From Octopus sinensis (lineage: Eukaryota), in NCBI RefSeq assembly GCF_006345805.1, contig NC_043016.1, forward strand, positions 4,774,001-4,838,000: a stretch of DNA of 64,000 bases, given 5' to 3'. The position numbers were made by a program, and so were the translations under genes. Below the pieces are notes generated by a model, which did no database searches, was not told the origin of the DNA, and saw nothing but the letters and a program-made list of their open reading frames with translations. Of this stretch, positions 36,340-48,420 are shown in pieces (positions within the stretch are counted from its first letter, which is position 1; the number at the start of each line of letters is the position of its first letter).

Positions 36340-36486
36340 ATCAAAAAATACCTTAGTAATGAGAACCCAGGTTCAAAATTTGCCCAAGACACCTGATGAA
36401 GGCTGGAGGGTATATCAGCCGAAACGTTGTGTTAACAACAAACAATATGAGGACAAATATCCGTCAAATGTAAATAATGTAAATAA
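36340..36486 (+). mobile_element. Short Penelope-terminus-like element after (AAT)n
   Basis: Contains a hammerhead motif and ends in tandem GTAAATAAT. Confidence 0.6.
36388..36433 (+). ncRNA. Minimal (dimer-type) type I hammerhead ribozyme motif
   Basis: GACAC-CTGATGA-A-GGCTG GAGGGTATAT CAGCC-GAAA-C-GTT|GTGTT. Stem I is 5 bp, stem II is 5 bp, and a palindromic ACGU replaces stem III. Confidence 0.7.
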
Positions 36487-37001
36487 TATATATATAATTC
36501 TTAAATATAGAACTGAGAATACAATACTTCTCTGCATGACGGGAATCAATCCACAGCAAGATCAAACCTCAGCTACTGCTGGTAGGTTTTTTCAACTGAA
36601 GAAATGGAAGCAAAGTGAAATGAAATGCAACACACCAAATAGTCCAAGAATCCATTACCTAATGGTTCAACATGCCAGTGATGTAGAACAAATGAAACCA
36701 AAAACTTTGAATTCATTGCATTTCATTAGCATTTCTAAAACTGTCTGCTCTTGTATTCTTTCTACATTTTGAAATACTTCAAAATGCATTTTTTTGATAT
36801 ATGAATTCTGATAACTTTATTTGTGTAATTCTTAATTCTATGATGATGTATATTCTTTAATTACATTATGTATTTTTAATAACTTCATTATTAATTAATC
36901 TATTCTTATTTTTATAAGTTTTTTCCAAAATAAAACTTTTGATTTCTGTTTCAAACGGTAACTCTGGCAATCATAAAATATCAACACACGCACAAACTCT
37001 T

Positions 37002-37044
<43 letters not shown>

Positions 37045-38061
37045 AACAATTAGTTGTAAAATCATTTAAGATGTTTCTAGTAAAACAACATAAATAAATT
37101 CCAACATGTAGGTGATAACCTGGTAGAAGTATGAAATATCAGCCAAATCCCATTTAGTTCACACCGTGACATCTTAAAAACAAAAATACAATTGAATGAC
37201 AGAGTTTATGGTTAACAAAAGACAGGATAGCTATGATCTGAACATATTTGATTGTACAATTACCAATGAAGAATATCATGTGTACATTATGTTTAAAAAT
37301 TTATGGCTGGTACATTTTAACCTTAAGTCTGACGGAAAAGAGCTGAACATCAGCAAAAACATAACTTTATTATTTTGCCTGATGCAAGTTCAATCTGAGA
37401 AAATATTCCAGTGATCTTAATTTTCATAGTCAAGACTTAGACAATTAAGTCTGCATGGCCTTTATCACATAAGATAATTACTTTTGTTAACAACAATAAA
37501 TAATATACATAATACAGATTCACACGGTTACACCTCTCTCTCTCTCTCTTTCTTTCTCACACACACACACACACAAGAACTAAGCTCAAAAAGATACTCA
37601 TCCATTGACTCACTTTCACTCATTGAGCCCAAAATAGTTGCATCTTTCAAGCATTCAAGTAACCAGTCAATTAAAGCCACAACTCATTCTTTAGATTATC
37701 CGATTCTTTTACCATTTTATCTAAGAAAAAAATAGAAGGTCAGCACTTCCATCTTTGTCCCTCTCTTTCTCATCTTTATTTCCATCACCTGCCGTAGATC
37801 ACTTTATCCTTGGATAATTCCTGTAACAAAATAGATTTTCTAGAAAATCTTCTTAACCCATAAAGCTTAACATTTCCCTATTTCTTATGATTCTCCTCAT
37901 AGTACAGCATTACCAATCGAGAGAGAGAGTGACAGACAGACAGACAGACAGACAGACACTGAGGAGCAGAAGGACAGAAAGAGTGTGAATGAGGAGAAAG
38001 AAATGAACTGTAGTAATTCATTGTTATTTTATCATCCCTGAACAAAATGCAAGATAATGTT

Positions 38062-38250
38062 GGCACGTAAAAAGCACCCACTACACTCATGGAGTGGTTG
38101 GCATTAGGAAGGGCATCCAGCCGTAGAAACATTGCCAGTTAAGACTAGGCTTGGTGCAGCCTTCTGGCTTCCCAGACCCCAGTTGAACCGTCCAACCCAT
38201 GCTAGCATGGAAAGCAGACGCTAAATGATGATGATGATCATCATCATGAT
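38062..38250 (+). mobile_element. RTE 3' UTR fragment with (GAT)n tail
   Basis: AAAAGCACCCACTACACTC...CCAACCCATGCTAGCATGGAAAGCAGACGCTAAATGATGATG. Confidence 0.85.
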
Positions 38251-38410
38251 AGCAGTAGTTGAGTTTGGAAAGTAGAGTAAAAAATATAAAGCAAAAAATT
38301 AATAAATAACAAAAGACATGCTAGATGACTACTTATATTGCATGTGTATACATCTTTATATATATATATATATAGATAGATAGATAGATAGATACATACA
38401 TACATACATA

Positions 38411-39479
38411 CTACATGGCAGTGAAAGATGAGCTGTGACTGCTGAGGACATGCGTAAGCTCGCAAGGAATGAAGCCAGTATGCTCCGATGGATGTGTAAT
38501 GTCAGTGTACATACTCGACAGAGTGTAACTTGAGAGAAAAGTTGGACCTAAGAGGAATCAGATGTTGTGTGCAAGAGAGACGACTGCGCTGGTATGGCCA
38601 TGTGGTGAGAATGGATGAAGATAGGTGTGTGAAAAAGTGCCACACCCTGGCGGTTGAGGGAACCTGTGGAAGAGGTAGACCCAGGAAAACCTGGGACGAA
38701 GTGGTGAAGCACGACCTTTGAACTTTAAGCCTTATCAAGGAAATGACTAATGACCGAGACTTTTGGAAATATGCCATGCATGAGAAGACCCGGCAAGCCA
38801 AATGAGACCATAATCTCGTGGCCTATGCCAGGGGTGTTACCAGCCCACTTATGCATACCTTTTCCTTCTTTGGACACTAAAAATCTGCTTGCAAAGACCT
38901 GTTGAGGCAACTAAAATCAAAATTAAAATCAAATTCGATGACTGGCATCCGTGCTAGTGGGGTGCTAAGAGCACTATATGAGTGTGATCCTTGACAGAGC
39001 GGCTAACCGGTTTTCGTGCCAGTGGCACTTAAAAGGCACCATTCGAGTGTGATCATTACCAGCATCACCTTACTGGCACTCGAGCCCCATGCTAGTAGGG
39101 TATTAAGAGCACCATCCAAGTGTGATCGTTGCCAGAGCGGCTATCTGGCCTCCGTGCCAGTGGCACATAAAAGACACCATTCAAGTGTGACCGTTACCAG
39201 CATCGCCTTATGGTACCTGTGCCAGTGGCATGTGTAAAAGATTTGAGCGAGGTCGTTGCCAGTACAGCCTGACTGGCCCCCATGCCGTTGTACGTAAAAG
39301 CACCCACTACACTCTCAGAGTGGTTGGCATTAGGAAGGGCATCCAGCTGTAGAAACTCTGCCAGATCAAGATTGAAGCCTGGTGCAGCCATCTGGTTTGC
39401 CAGCCCTCAATCAAATCATCCAACCCATGCTAGCAAGGAAAGCGGACGTTAAATGATGATGATGATGATGATGATGACA
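38411..39479 (+). mobile_element. 5'-truncated RTE LINE (ORF C-terminus plus long 3' UTR)
   Basis: LHGSE..AVTAEDMRKLARNEASMLRWMC...QERRLRWYGHVVRMDEDRCVKKC...GRGRPRKTWDEVV; 3' UTR ends in (GAT)n. Confidence 0.9.
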
Positions 39480-39967
39480 TTAATGTTTGTTTTTATGTTC
39501 AGTTATAATGAAACCCATTTTACATTCATCAAAGGGGTTTCTCTATACTTTTGTAGAGTACAAAATTATCATTCATATACAAAAATGTTGTTGGCAGTGA
39601 CTTTTAAGATTCAGCCATCATTAGACTCAGTGTGTGTGTGTGTGTGCTTACCCCACCACACACACACGCCCATACTTTCTTAATTTTTTCCCCATTCCTT
39701 GGCAGAAATACAACTGTGTAGAACAGTTCTCAAGCTAATAATTTTCCATCTCAGAGCTACATGACACCAACTGCAACTAAACAATTAAGCTTATTGAATA
39801 TATAACTGTATTGATCTCATTTGACTACTTCTTTCCCTAAATGTAGCAGGAAAAAAAGGGCTCAGAAACAATAGGCATACCCTGTTCTTTTTCTGAGTCT
39901 TTGACTGAGCAAAATATCAATGAAATGTATGTACTCAAAATATCAGTACATATTTAATCAATAAAAT

Positions 39968-40175
39968 AAGAGCAGAACCGTTAGCACCCCAGGCAAAATG
40001 CTTAGTGGTGTTTCGTTTGTCTTTACATTCTGAGTTCAAATTTCACCGAGGTCAACTTTGCCTTTCATCCTTTCAGGATTGATAAATTAAGTACCAGTTA
40101 TGTACTGGGGTCAATCTAATTGACTCCCCCCTCTCCCCCAAAATTTCAGGCCTTGTGCCTAGTGTAGAAAAGAAT
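39968..40175 (+). mobile_element. SINE family B
   Basis: GCAGAACCGTTAGCACCCC...GAGTTCAAATTTC...CAAAATTTCAGGCCTTGTGCCTAGTGTAGAAAAG. Confidence 0.85.
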
Positions 40176-40282
40176 AGGTAATATCAACACTAATAGTAAC
40201 TGTAATTCTATCTATCCCCTAAAACTAATATTGATCTTGACCTTTAGAATAAAAGAGTCACCTAAAGGTGACTCTTCTATTC

Positions 40283-40465
40283 TGACCCTGACCCTACCTA
40301 TAACTCCAGCCATCCAAAACTAACCCTAAACCTTAAACCTAATACTCACTAACCCTAATTCTGAAACATAAATTGAGCCCTGACTCTGACCTGATCCCTA
40401 TACTTTGATGCTAAACTCTAACACCCAAACCTAAATGTAAATTTACCCAAATTCTAACTATCCTT
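40283..40465. repeat. Degenerate telomere-like (CCCTAA-type) tract
   Basis: Runs such as CTAACCCTAAACCTTAAACCTAA, CTAACCCTAA, CCCTGACCCT and CTCTAACACCCAAACCTAAA. Confidence 0.55.
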
Positions 40466-40745
40466 ATGTTCTTGATGTAGGGAAGAAGACAATATCTATT
40501 AATGGCACAAGGAACATCAGAGTCTGTCTGTGTGATGTATATGTGTATGTGTTTATATAATACTAGCTGACCCTGTGCCATTCAAAAATGATGGCTAATT
40601 GTAGTATTTTATATATAAATAAGGTACAAAATGAAGTACATAATACTTTCCTTGTCCAAGCACACACACACATATACTCAAATAGAGTTGAAATGCTGTT
40701 TGATTTTTCGTTTCAGTGTTGAATGTTCACCATCCCATTTCCATT

Positions 40746-40787
<42 letters not shown>

Positions 40788-41019
40788 ACACACACACACA
40801 TTTTTTTTCACCCCTTCCTCCCTTATTCATCTATCGACCCTCCCTTTCTCCATTGCTATTACTTTCTCCCACTCTCTCTTAGTCAGGGCTATTACTCTCA
40901 CTAACTCACCTTCACTGAGTTATTATTTTCTCTCCTCTTCCTTCACTTACATTACTCTTTCTCCTACTCTGTCCTGCTCCTACTCTGATTTTGGACAAAT
41001 ATATATATATATATCTTTG

Positions 41020-41262
41020 AAATAATATGTTACCATTATTCAATAGCCAAGATAAAACTCTGAGTTTCAGATGCCGAAGTGGAAATCCTCAACATCAGAT
41101 AACCAATGAGATGGTGTTGTGAATTTCTACCTCAGCATCTGAAACTCAGAGTTTTATCTTGGCTATTGAATAATGGTAACATATTATTTTACAGATAAAT
41201 TTCCTCTATTTACATAATATTGAGGTCTCTTTCTTTCTTTTGTTATCTTACCGTTTTTACCA

Positions 41263-41265
<3 letters not shown>
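41020..41265 (+). mobile_element. Second copy of the 11.9-kb fold-back/hammerhead-like element
   Basis: Perfect 54-bp inverted arms at 41021-41074 and 41135-41188; AGATAA-CCAATGA-GATG...CATCT-GAAAC-TCAGA-GTT-TTATCT; same 3' tail as 12040-12103. Confidence 0.7.
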
Positions 41266-41297
<32 letters not shown>

Positions 41298-41668
41298 TGT
41301 ATGTATGTATGTATGTATGTATGTATGTATGTATACAAATATATAAAAGCACTATGCTCATTATTATATTAGGAGATACAGGAGAGTGATGTATAACTCA
41401 TTTTATCAACTTCTCAAGAAGGATGAAACACAAAATAATTCTGGGTGATGGGAACACAACAAATGCTCAAAGATAATTCAGTCTAGAACTAACACCTCTT
41501 CAGCACTGAAAAAGAAAGTTTTTGCAAAGTTTTTGAGACTCACTATATCTATGTATATATGAGGAGCAAGGGTTAATCTTTGGAATGTGCTCATACATAT
41601 TTGTATGCTGTCATGTGTGCAAACATAAATTTGCACATCTCAAGTATTAACCCTGCTCTTCTGACATG

Positions 41669-42810
41669 AGAAAGCAGAAATATCCCTGGTGGTCTTGCTG
41701 ATCACTGCTGGGGTATGATTATTGTTCTTTGTCTCCCCCTGATTCATATTGTGCATTTAAACACAACTTGTCCTATAAGAGATATTTATTTTAGACGTAA
41801 GTTGCTGTAACTTGCCTGTTAGCAGCTTATATGCAATAAGTATGATATATTATATTATAATAAGTACACATACAAGCCTGCATGTACATATGTATGTATG
41901 AATGTAAATTAGGTTTACATGTTAAATCTTGTTATTCTTGAGTACAATATTGTTTTATATGGTGTAATGCAAAAGAGAATCAGCTTCCACGTGGTCTTGC
42001 TGACATGAGAAAGAAGCATCAGCCCTAGTTAGTTTCTAACACTACCAATCTCACACAATAAAACATGCAATGGAGTACAGCTCACATATCTGGAAATGAA
42101 ACCAATCTACATTTTAAAATGTCCTTGAGCAAATCCCAAAGCAGAGTAGCCGACTGGCAAAATTTCACACCCCAATGCATTACATTATAAGGGCTTAGAG
42201 GTATGGAGTTTTCTCTAACATGCTTTTCAATTAGTGCTACAAAGGCTCCTTGTGCTCCTAGTGGCATATAACCCCTACATTGTCCCTTCCATAACACACT
42301 CTCATTACTTCTCCTCTTATCGTTCCTACTACATTTTACCCTCACAGCCTCATCTTATACAATCTTTCTTCTGCTGTGCATTAAGCTGCAAACTTCTCTC
42401 TCCTGACTTTTACAACAAATATAAACTCACAGAAGATAAAATTAAACATCAGCCGTAACAGTCTCAACAATTCCAGACAGCCTGCAGGTGACATGGAAGC
42501 AGATTCTCTTTTGCATTACGCCATATAAAACAATATTGTACTCAAGAATAACAAGATTTAACATGTAAATCTAATTTACATTCATACATATGTACATGCA
42601 GGCTTGTATGTGTAGTTATTATAATATAATATATCATACTTATTGTATATAAGCTGCTAACAGGCAAGTTACAGCAACTTACGTCTAAAATAAATATCTC
42701 TTATAGGACAAGTTGTGTTTAAATGCACAATATGAATCAAGGGGAGACAAAGAACAATAATCATACCCCAGCAGTGGTCAGCAAGACCACCAGGGATATT
42801 TCTGCTTTCT
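41669..42810. repeat. Long inverted duplication: about 320-bp arms around an about 500-bp spacer
   Basis: 41669-41992 is the reverse complement of 42491-42810 with few differences. Confidence 0.92.
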
Positions 42811-43131
42811 TGCACTTTGTCAATAAATGTGTATTCTCCATCAGGAATATGCCTGGACAAGAATTGTTTTATTCGGTTTGTCTTTGAAGTGGTTGCAATT
42901 GTATACAAAAACAAAGAATATACATACATATACATACAATTATATAAACATAACCCGTGCTAGCGCGGAAAACGGACGTTAAACGATGATGATATAATGG
43001 TTGTCTTCAAGATTGACACAGCTTGGTTTGATAGTAGAGGAAATACTGGTCCAAAGTCTTGGACAGTGGATCTGAACTGGAAACTGCATAATTAGAAAGT
43101 GGGTTTAACAACTATACTGCCATGTTAGCAC

Positions 43132-43165
<34 letters not shown>

Positions 43166-43172
<7 letters not shown>

Positions 43173-43325
43173 GGGATGGCTGCATGGTAAGAAGCTTGCT
43201 TCCCAATCACATGGTTCTGGTTTCAGTCCACTGTGTGGCAAATGTCTTTTATTATAGCCTCAAGAAAGACCAAAGCCTTGTGAGTGGATTAGGTAGATGG
43301 AAGCTTAAAGAAGCTTGTCGTATAT
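43166..43325 (+). mobile_element. SINE family C 5' half
   Basis: GATGGCTGCATGGTAAGAAGCTTGCTTCCCAATCACATGG...AAAGAAGCTTGTCGTATAT. Confidence 0.8.
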
Positions 43326-43330
43326 GTGTG

Positions 43331-43362
<32 letters not shown>

Positions 43363-43409
43363 TTATATATATTATATAATATATATATTCCTCTCTCTTC
43401 CTTCTTTAT

Positions 43410-43444
43410 GTTTCCGACGAAGAGCTCCGCTCGAAACGTCATAC
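43410..43444 (+). ncRNA. Degenerate minimal hammerhead motif in a Penelope-terminus-like element (about 43388-43535)
   Basis: GTTT-CCGACGA-A-GAGC TCC GCTC-GAAA-C-GTC|ATAC, with a U4-to-C change and one stem I mismatch. Inserted in (TA)n. Confidence 0.5.
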
Positions 43445-43577
43445 CTTCCTGCTTCCATATTTCCTGAGCGCCTATTAATAATAATACTGTAATGTTCCAC
43501 GTGTTGTTGTTTTTTTGTTTTCCCGTTTGGATTAAAATTATATATATATATATATGGATATATATATATTTACACAC

Positions 43578-43656
43578 ACAGGTTGTCCATAAGTTCCTTT
43601 ACAACATTGAATTTTAAAAGTATGGAAGCTGTAAAGAAAATTTATGGACACGCTAT
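43578..43656. mobile_element. Tiny mariner-type MITE
   Basis: CAGGTTGTCCATAA ... TTATGGACACGCTA imperfect TIRs in TA context. Confidence 0.45.
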
Positions 43657-43681
43657 AAACATAAATATATATATATATATG

Positions 43682-43784
<103 letters not shown>

Positions 43785-44290
43785 TGATAGATATAGATAT
43801 ATAGATAGATGATTAAATTAGGCAATAGTTTAGCAATGTGTCACCAAAAAGGAAAACTATAATTATTGTTAAATATGAATGACAGAGGGTGTTAGAACAT
43901 GTACAATGCTAGAAATAAGAGCTAAAGTGTTCTGATGCTGCAGCCAACACACACAATTGTATATATATACTAACAGCAACCATAAATGACAGAAATCAGT
44001 AGTCGTGACAGGGGATAATTATATTCCAGGTTATCGCTTAATTAGCACATCATTCTGGATACTGGCTAGCATAGTATTCAAAAATCCAAAGGAGATCCAT
44101 AAGACTTCAGTTTATACAAATGGGAGCACTACACAAGATCCAATAAGCTTAATATAAGCCCTGTAAAGTGAATGATACAAAAAGTAATAATTTGAGGGGA
44201 AAAAAGTTAAATTAACATCATAATTGTTTCAGCAAATGGACGTTATTATTGATTCTACATCGTATACAGTGTTATGCAATTCATCCAAGA

Positions 44291-44959
44291 CATCATCATC
44301 ATCATCGTTCAACGTCCGTTTTCCATGCTAGCATGGGTTGGACGGTTCGACCGGGATCTGGGAAGCCAGAAGGCTGCACCAGGCTCCAGTCTGATCTGGC
44401 AGAGTTTCTACAGCTGGATGCCCTTCCTAACGCCAACCACTCCATGAGTATAGTGGGTGCTCTTTACGTTCCACCGGCACAGGTGCCAGGCGAGGCTGGC
44501 ATCGGGCAAGTTTGGATGGTGCTTTTTACGTGCCACCGTCACGGAAGCCAGTCAAGGCGGCGCTGGCATCGGCCACATTCGGATGGTGCTTTTTACGTGC
44601 CACCGGCATGGAAGCCAGTCAAGGCGGTGCTGGCATCGGCCACGTTCGGATGGTGCTTTTTACGAGCCACCGGCACGGAAGCCAGTCAAGGCGGTGCTGG
44701 CATCGGCCACGTTCGGATGGTGCTTTTTACGAGCCACCGGCACGGAAGCCAGTCAAGGCAGTGCTGGCATCGGCCACGTTCGGATGGTGCTTTTTACGAG
44801 CCACCGGCACGGAAGCCAGTCAAGGCGGTTCTGGCATCGGCCACATTCGGATGGTGCTTTTTACGAGCCACCGGCACGGAAGCCAGTCAAGGTGGCGCTG
44901 GCATCGGGCACGTTCGGATGGTGCTTTTTACGAGCCACCGGCACGGAAGCCAGTCAAGA
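44291..44959 (-). mobile_element. RTE 3' UTR fragment with an internal 67-bp minisatellite
   Basis: (CAT)n tail at 44291 and the same terminal sequence as 39290-39479. Unit starts at 44498, 44565, 44632, 44699, 44766, 44833 and 44900. Confidence 0.9.
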
Positions 44960-45292
44960 CATATGTGGAAAAATGTAATAATATCCCAACAGTCCATTCA
45001 CTTATTTGGATGTCACGATTTGAAGACACATTCAACACACACACACACACACATATATACATGCATACATAGATATATACATATATATGTACATACAAAC
45101 GTACATACACACATGCATTCCCTCTCCCTGTGCACATATGTCCCTTATCCCTTATCTTGTGTGGGGTTTGCTACACCTTCATCTCAATGTTGATATTCTT
45201 GCCAAGGGATATTTATGCATGTGTCACTGAGTGTATGGCTATAAATATGATGTGTGTGTGTGTATGTGATTATATATGCATATATGTATTTG

Positions 45293-45323
<31 letters not shown>

Positions 45324-45562
45324 TCACACACACTCACATACATGTTTATATAAGATATATCTGTATACATATATGTGTATCTGTATGTGTGTGTGTGTGT
45401 CTCACTTCTCCTTCTCTCCCTATATATATATATATATATATATACATACATACATACATATATATATGTATATATAATATATATATATATATACATACAT
45501 ACATACATACAGATATATATATATATATATATTATATATACATACATACATACATACATATA

Positions 45563-45607
<45 letters not shown>

Positions 45608-46024
45608 CAGAGAGACTCACAGACACACACAAACACACACACACACACACATACACACACAACACATATATATATATTGGACCAGACTTTCGATTCCCCC
45701 ATCCACCCACATTTTCCTCCCTCCTCTCAGACATTGACCTGCAGCTGTTCAGGCTAATCATTGACTAAATTAATCTCAGTAGTCTCAGGGAATCTCCAAA
45801 CGCCATGATTACTGTTCGTTCTCCTCCTCTAACATAGAAAAAAAAAAGGTAATAATAAGCCATCAGACACACATATGTGCATTGATATATAATGTATATT
45901 TGCTTAAATAATATTTATAATAATAATAATAATAATAATAACAATCGGTGCAGGTCTAGTGGTGTGTTTAATAAGCGTATTTTTTGTCGCTTGTTCTGAG
46001 TTCGATCTTACTACGCGATGCAGA

Positions 46025-46391
46025 CATGACTGTGTGGCTAGGAGCTTGATTCCCAACCATATTGTTCCGAGTTCAGTTGCACTCTCTGGCATCTTGTCTA
46101 CCAAAAACCTTGAGAGTGGATTTGGTAGATGGAAACTGAAAGAAGCCCTCCGTATATATATATTTCTTTACTACCCACAATGGGCTAAACACAGAGAGGA
46201 CAAACAAGGACAGACAAAGGGATTAGGTCGATTACATTGACCCCAGTTCGCAACTGGTTCTTAATTTATCGACCCCGAAAGGATGAAAGGCAAAGTCGAC
46301 CTCGGCGGAATTTGAACTCAGAACGTAACGGCAGACGAAATACGGCCACGCATTTCGCCCGGCGTGCTAACGTTTCTGCCAGCTCGCCGCC
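46025..46391. mobile_element. SINE C 5' half (+, 46025-46153) with SINE A (-, 46161-46391) inserted in its TA repeat
   Basis: Both consensus bodies read directly. Confidence 0.85.
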
Positions 46392-47227
46392 TTTATATAT
46401 ATGTATATGAAAACATCTACATGGGTGTGTGTGTGTGTTTTTGTGCCTGTGATTCAAGCTGAATAGCAAGCTGGTGCCAATATACATTCGAATGATCCTG
46501 TCAATGAAAACGGGACGGAATTGTCTTTAATAAAGGCAGCTAAGCTAAAATTTTAAAATATGCTGCTTTGCTGCCGTGCCAAGACGTTGGCAAACAAGTG
46601 TGACTTTGACTTGATAGATAGATCATTCAAGAAGCTAGGTAGTTTTCAACTTGTAATGTTATGCGTAGTAGTAGCTCAGATGTTTGTAGTACTTGGCATC
46701 TGCAATCGGGAATCACAGCAGGCCGTCGCTGTTGCCGCTAAAGTTCTTTATCATCTTTGCTTCATCTCTCTCTCCTTGAACAGATGAGCAAAATGGTATC
46801 GGAAAGGTACCGACATCTACTTGGAACCGAGAGACACGCGCTTGCCCTTGTTTCCCCACAGACGATTATTGTGGTTTTATTGCCATTTCGCACTTGTGTC
46901 ACCCGAGTCTATCGAAGCATCTGTTCCTAGAGCACGTGCCCCTAGCTCTGATAACACAAACATTGTGTTCTGCGATGAAGAAATGGTTATTGCTTGTGCA
47001 TCGGTTTTGATACCTTTCCTTAATGGCCCTTCTATTCTACCATCTAGATTTCCTTTAATCTATTTTTCTATAGCGTCATTTCTCTGCTAAGTATTAGTCA
47101 TTCTACTCTAATCGCGCTCCTCAGAGTACTCTACCATCCAATGTGGACAGTTACCTTACTGGCTCACTAACCTGTTCGTTGTAATCTTTACGCACAGGAA
47201 ACGACGCGTTCAGCCTCCAGCTATACC

Positions 47228-47573
47228 ATACACAAACATACATACATACATACATGCATACATACATACATACATACATACATACATACATACATACATA
47301 CATACATACAAACATACATACACACAAACATACATACATACATACATACATACATACATGCATGCATACATACATACATACATACATACATACATGCATG
47401 CATACATACATACATACATACATACATACATGCATACATACATATACACATACATACATACATACATACATACATACATACATAATACATACATACATAT
47501 ATACATACATACATACATACATACATACATGCATGCATACATACATACACACATACATACATGCACACATACA

Positions 47574-47605
<32 letters not shown>

Positions 47606-47732
47606 CACATACATACATACATACATACATAATACATACATACATACATACATACATACATACATACATACATACATACATACACACATACATACATACA
47701 TACATACATACACACAAACATACATACATACA

Positions 47733-47768
<36 letters not shown>

Positions 47769-47771
47769 CAT

Positions 47772-47802
<31 letters not shown>

Positions 47803-47861
47803 TACATACATACATAATACATACATACATACATGCACACATACATACATACATACATACA

Positions 47862-47893
<32 letters not shown>

Positions 47894-47922
47894 CACATAT
47901 ATACATACATACATACATATAC

Positions 47923-47957
<35 letters not shown>

Positions 47958-47960
47958 CAT

Positions 47961-47991
<31 letters not shown>

Positions 47992-48121
47992 TACATACAT
48001 ACATACATAATACATACATAATACATACATACATATATACATACATACATACATACATACATACATACATACATACATACACACACACATACATACATAC
48101 ATACATACACACAAACATACA

Positions 48122-48157
<36 letters not shown>

Positions 48158-48420
48158 CATACATACATACATACATACATACACACACACACATACATAC
48201 ATACATACACACAAACATACATACATACATACATACATACATTACATACATACATACATCCATACATACATACATACATACATACATACATACATACATA
48301 CATACATACATACATACATCCATCCATCCATACATACATACATACATACATACATACATACATACATACATACATACATACATACACACATACATGCATG
48401 CATGCATGACGCACACACAC
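47228..48420. repeat. About 1.2-kb degenerate (CATA)n microsatellite
   Basis: Read directly; source of the long MYVC/HTYI ORFs. Confidence 0.97.

Noticed and set aside
44498-44959. Regular repeat array resembling CRISPR
   Set aside because: Head-to-tail 67-bp units with no unique spacers, no cas genes, and a eukaryotic retroelement context.
46770-46900. Acceptor-like sites (TTGAACAG|AT, CCCCACAG|AC) as exon 2 candidates
   Set aside because: Phase-1 translations (DEQNGIGK; DDYCGFIA) do not give D-C or any recognisable domain, and there is no good downstream donor.
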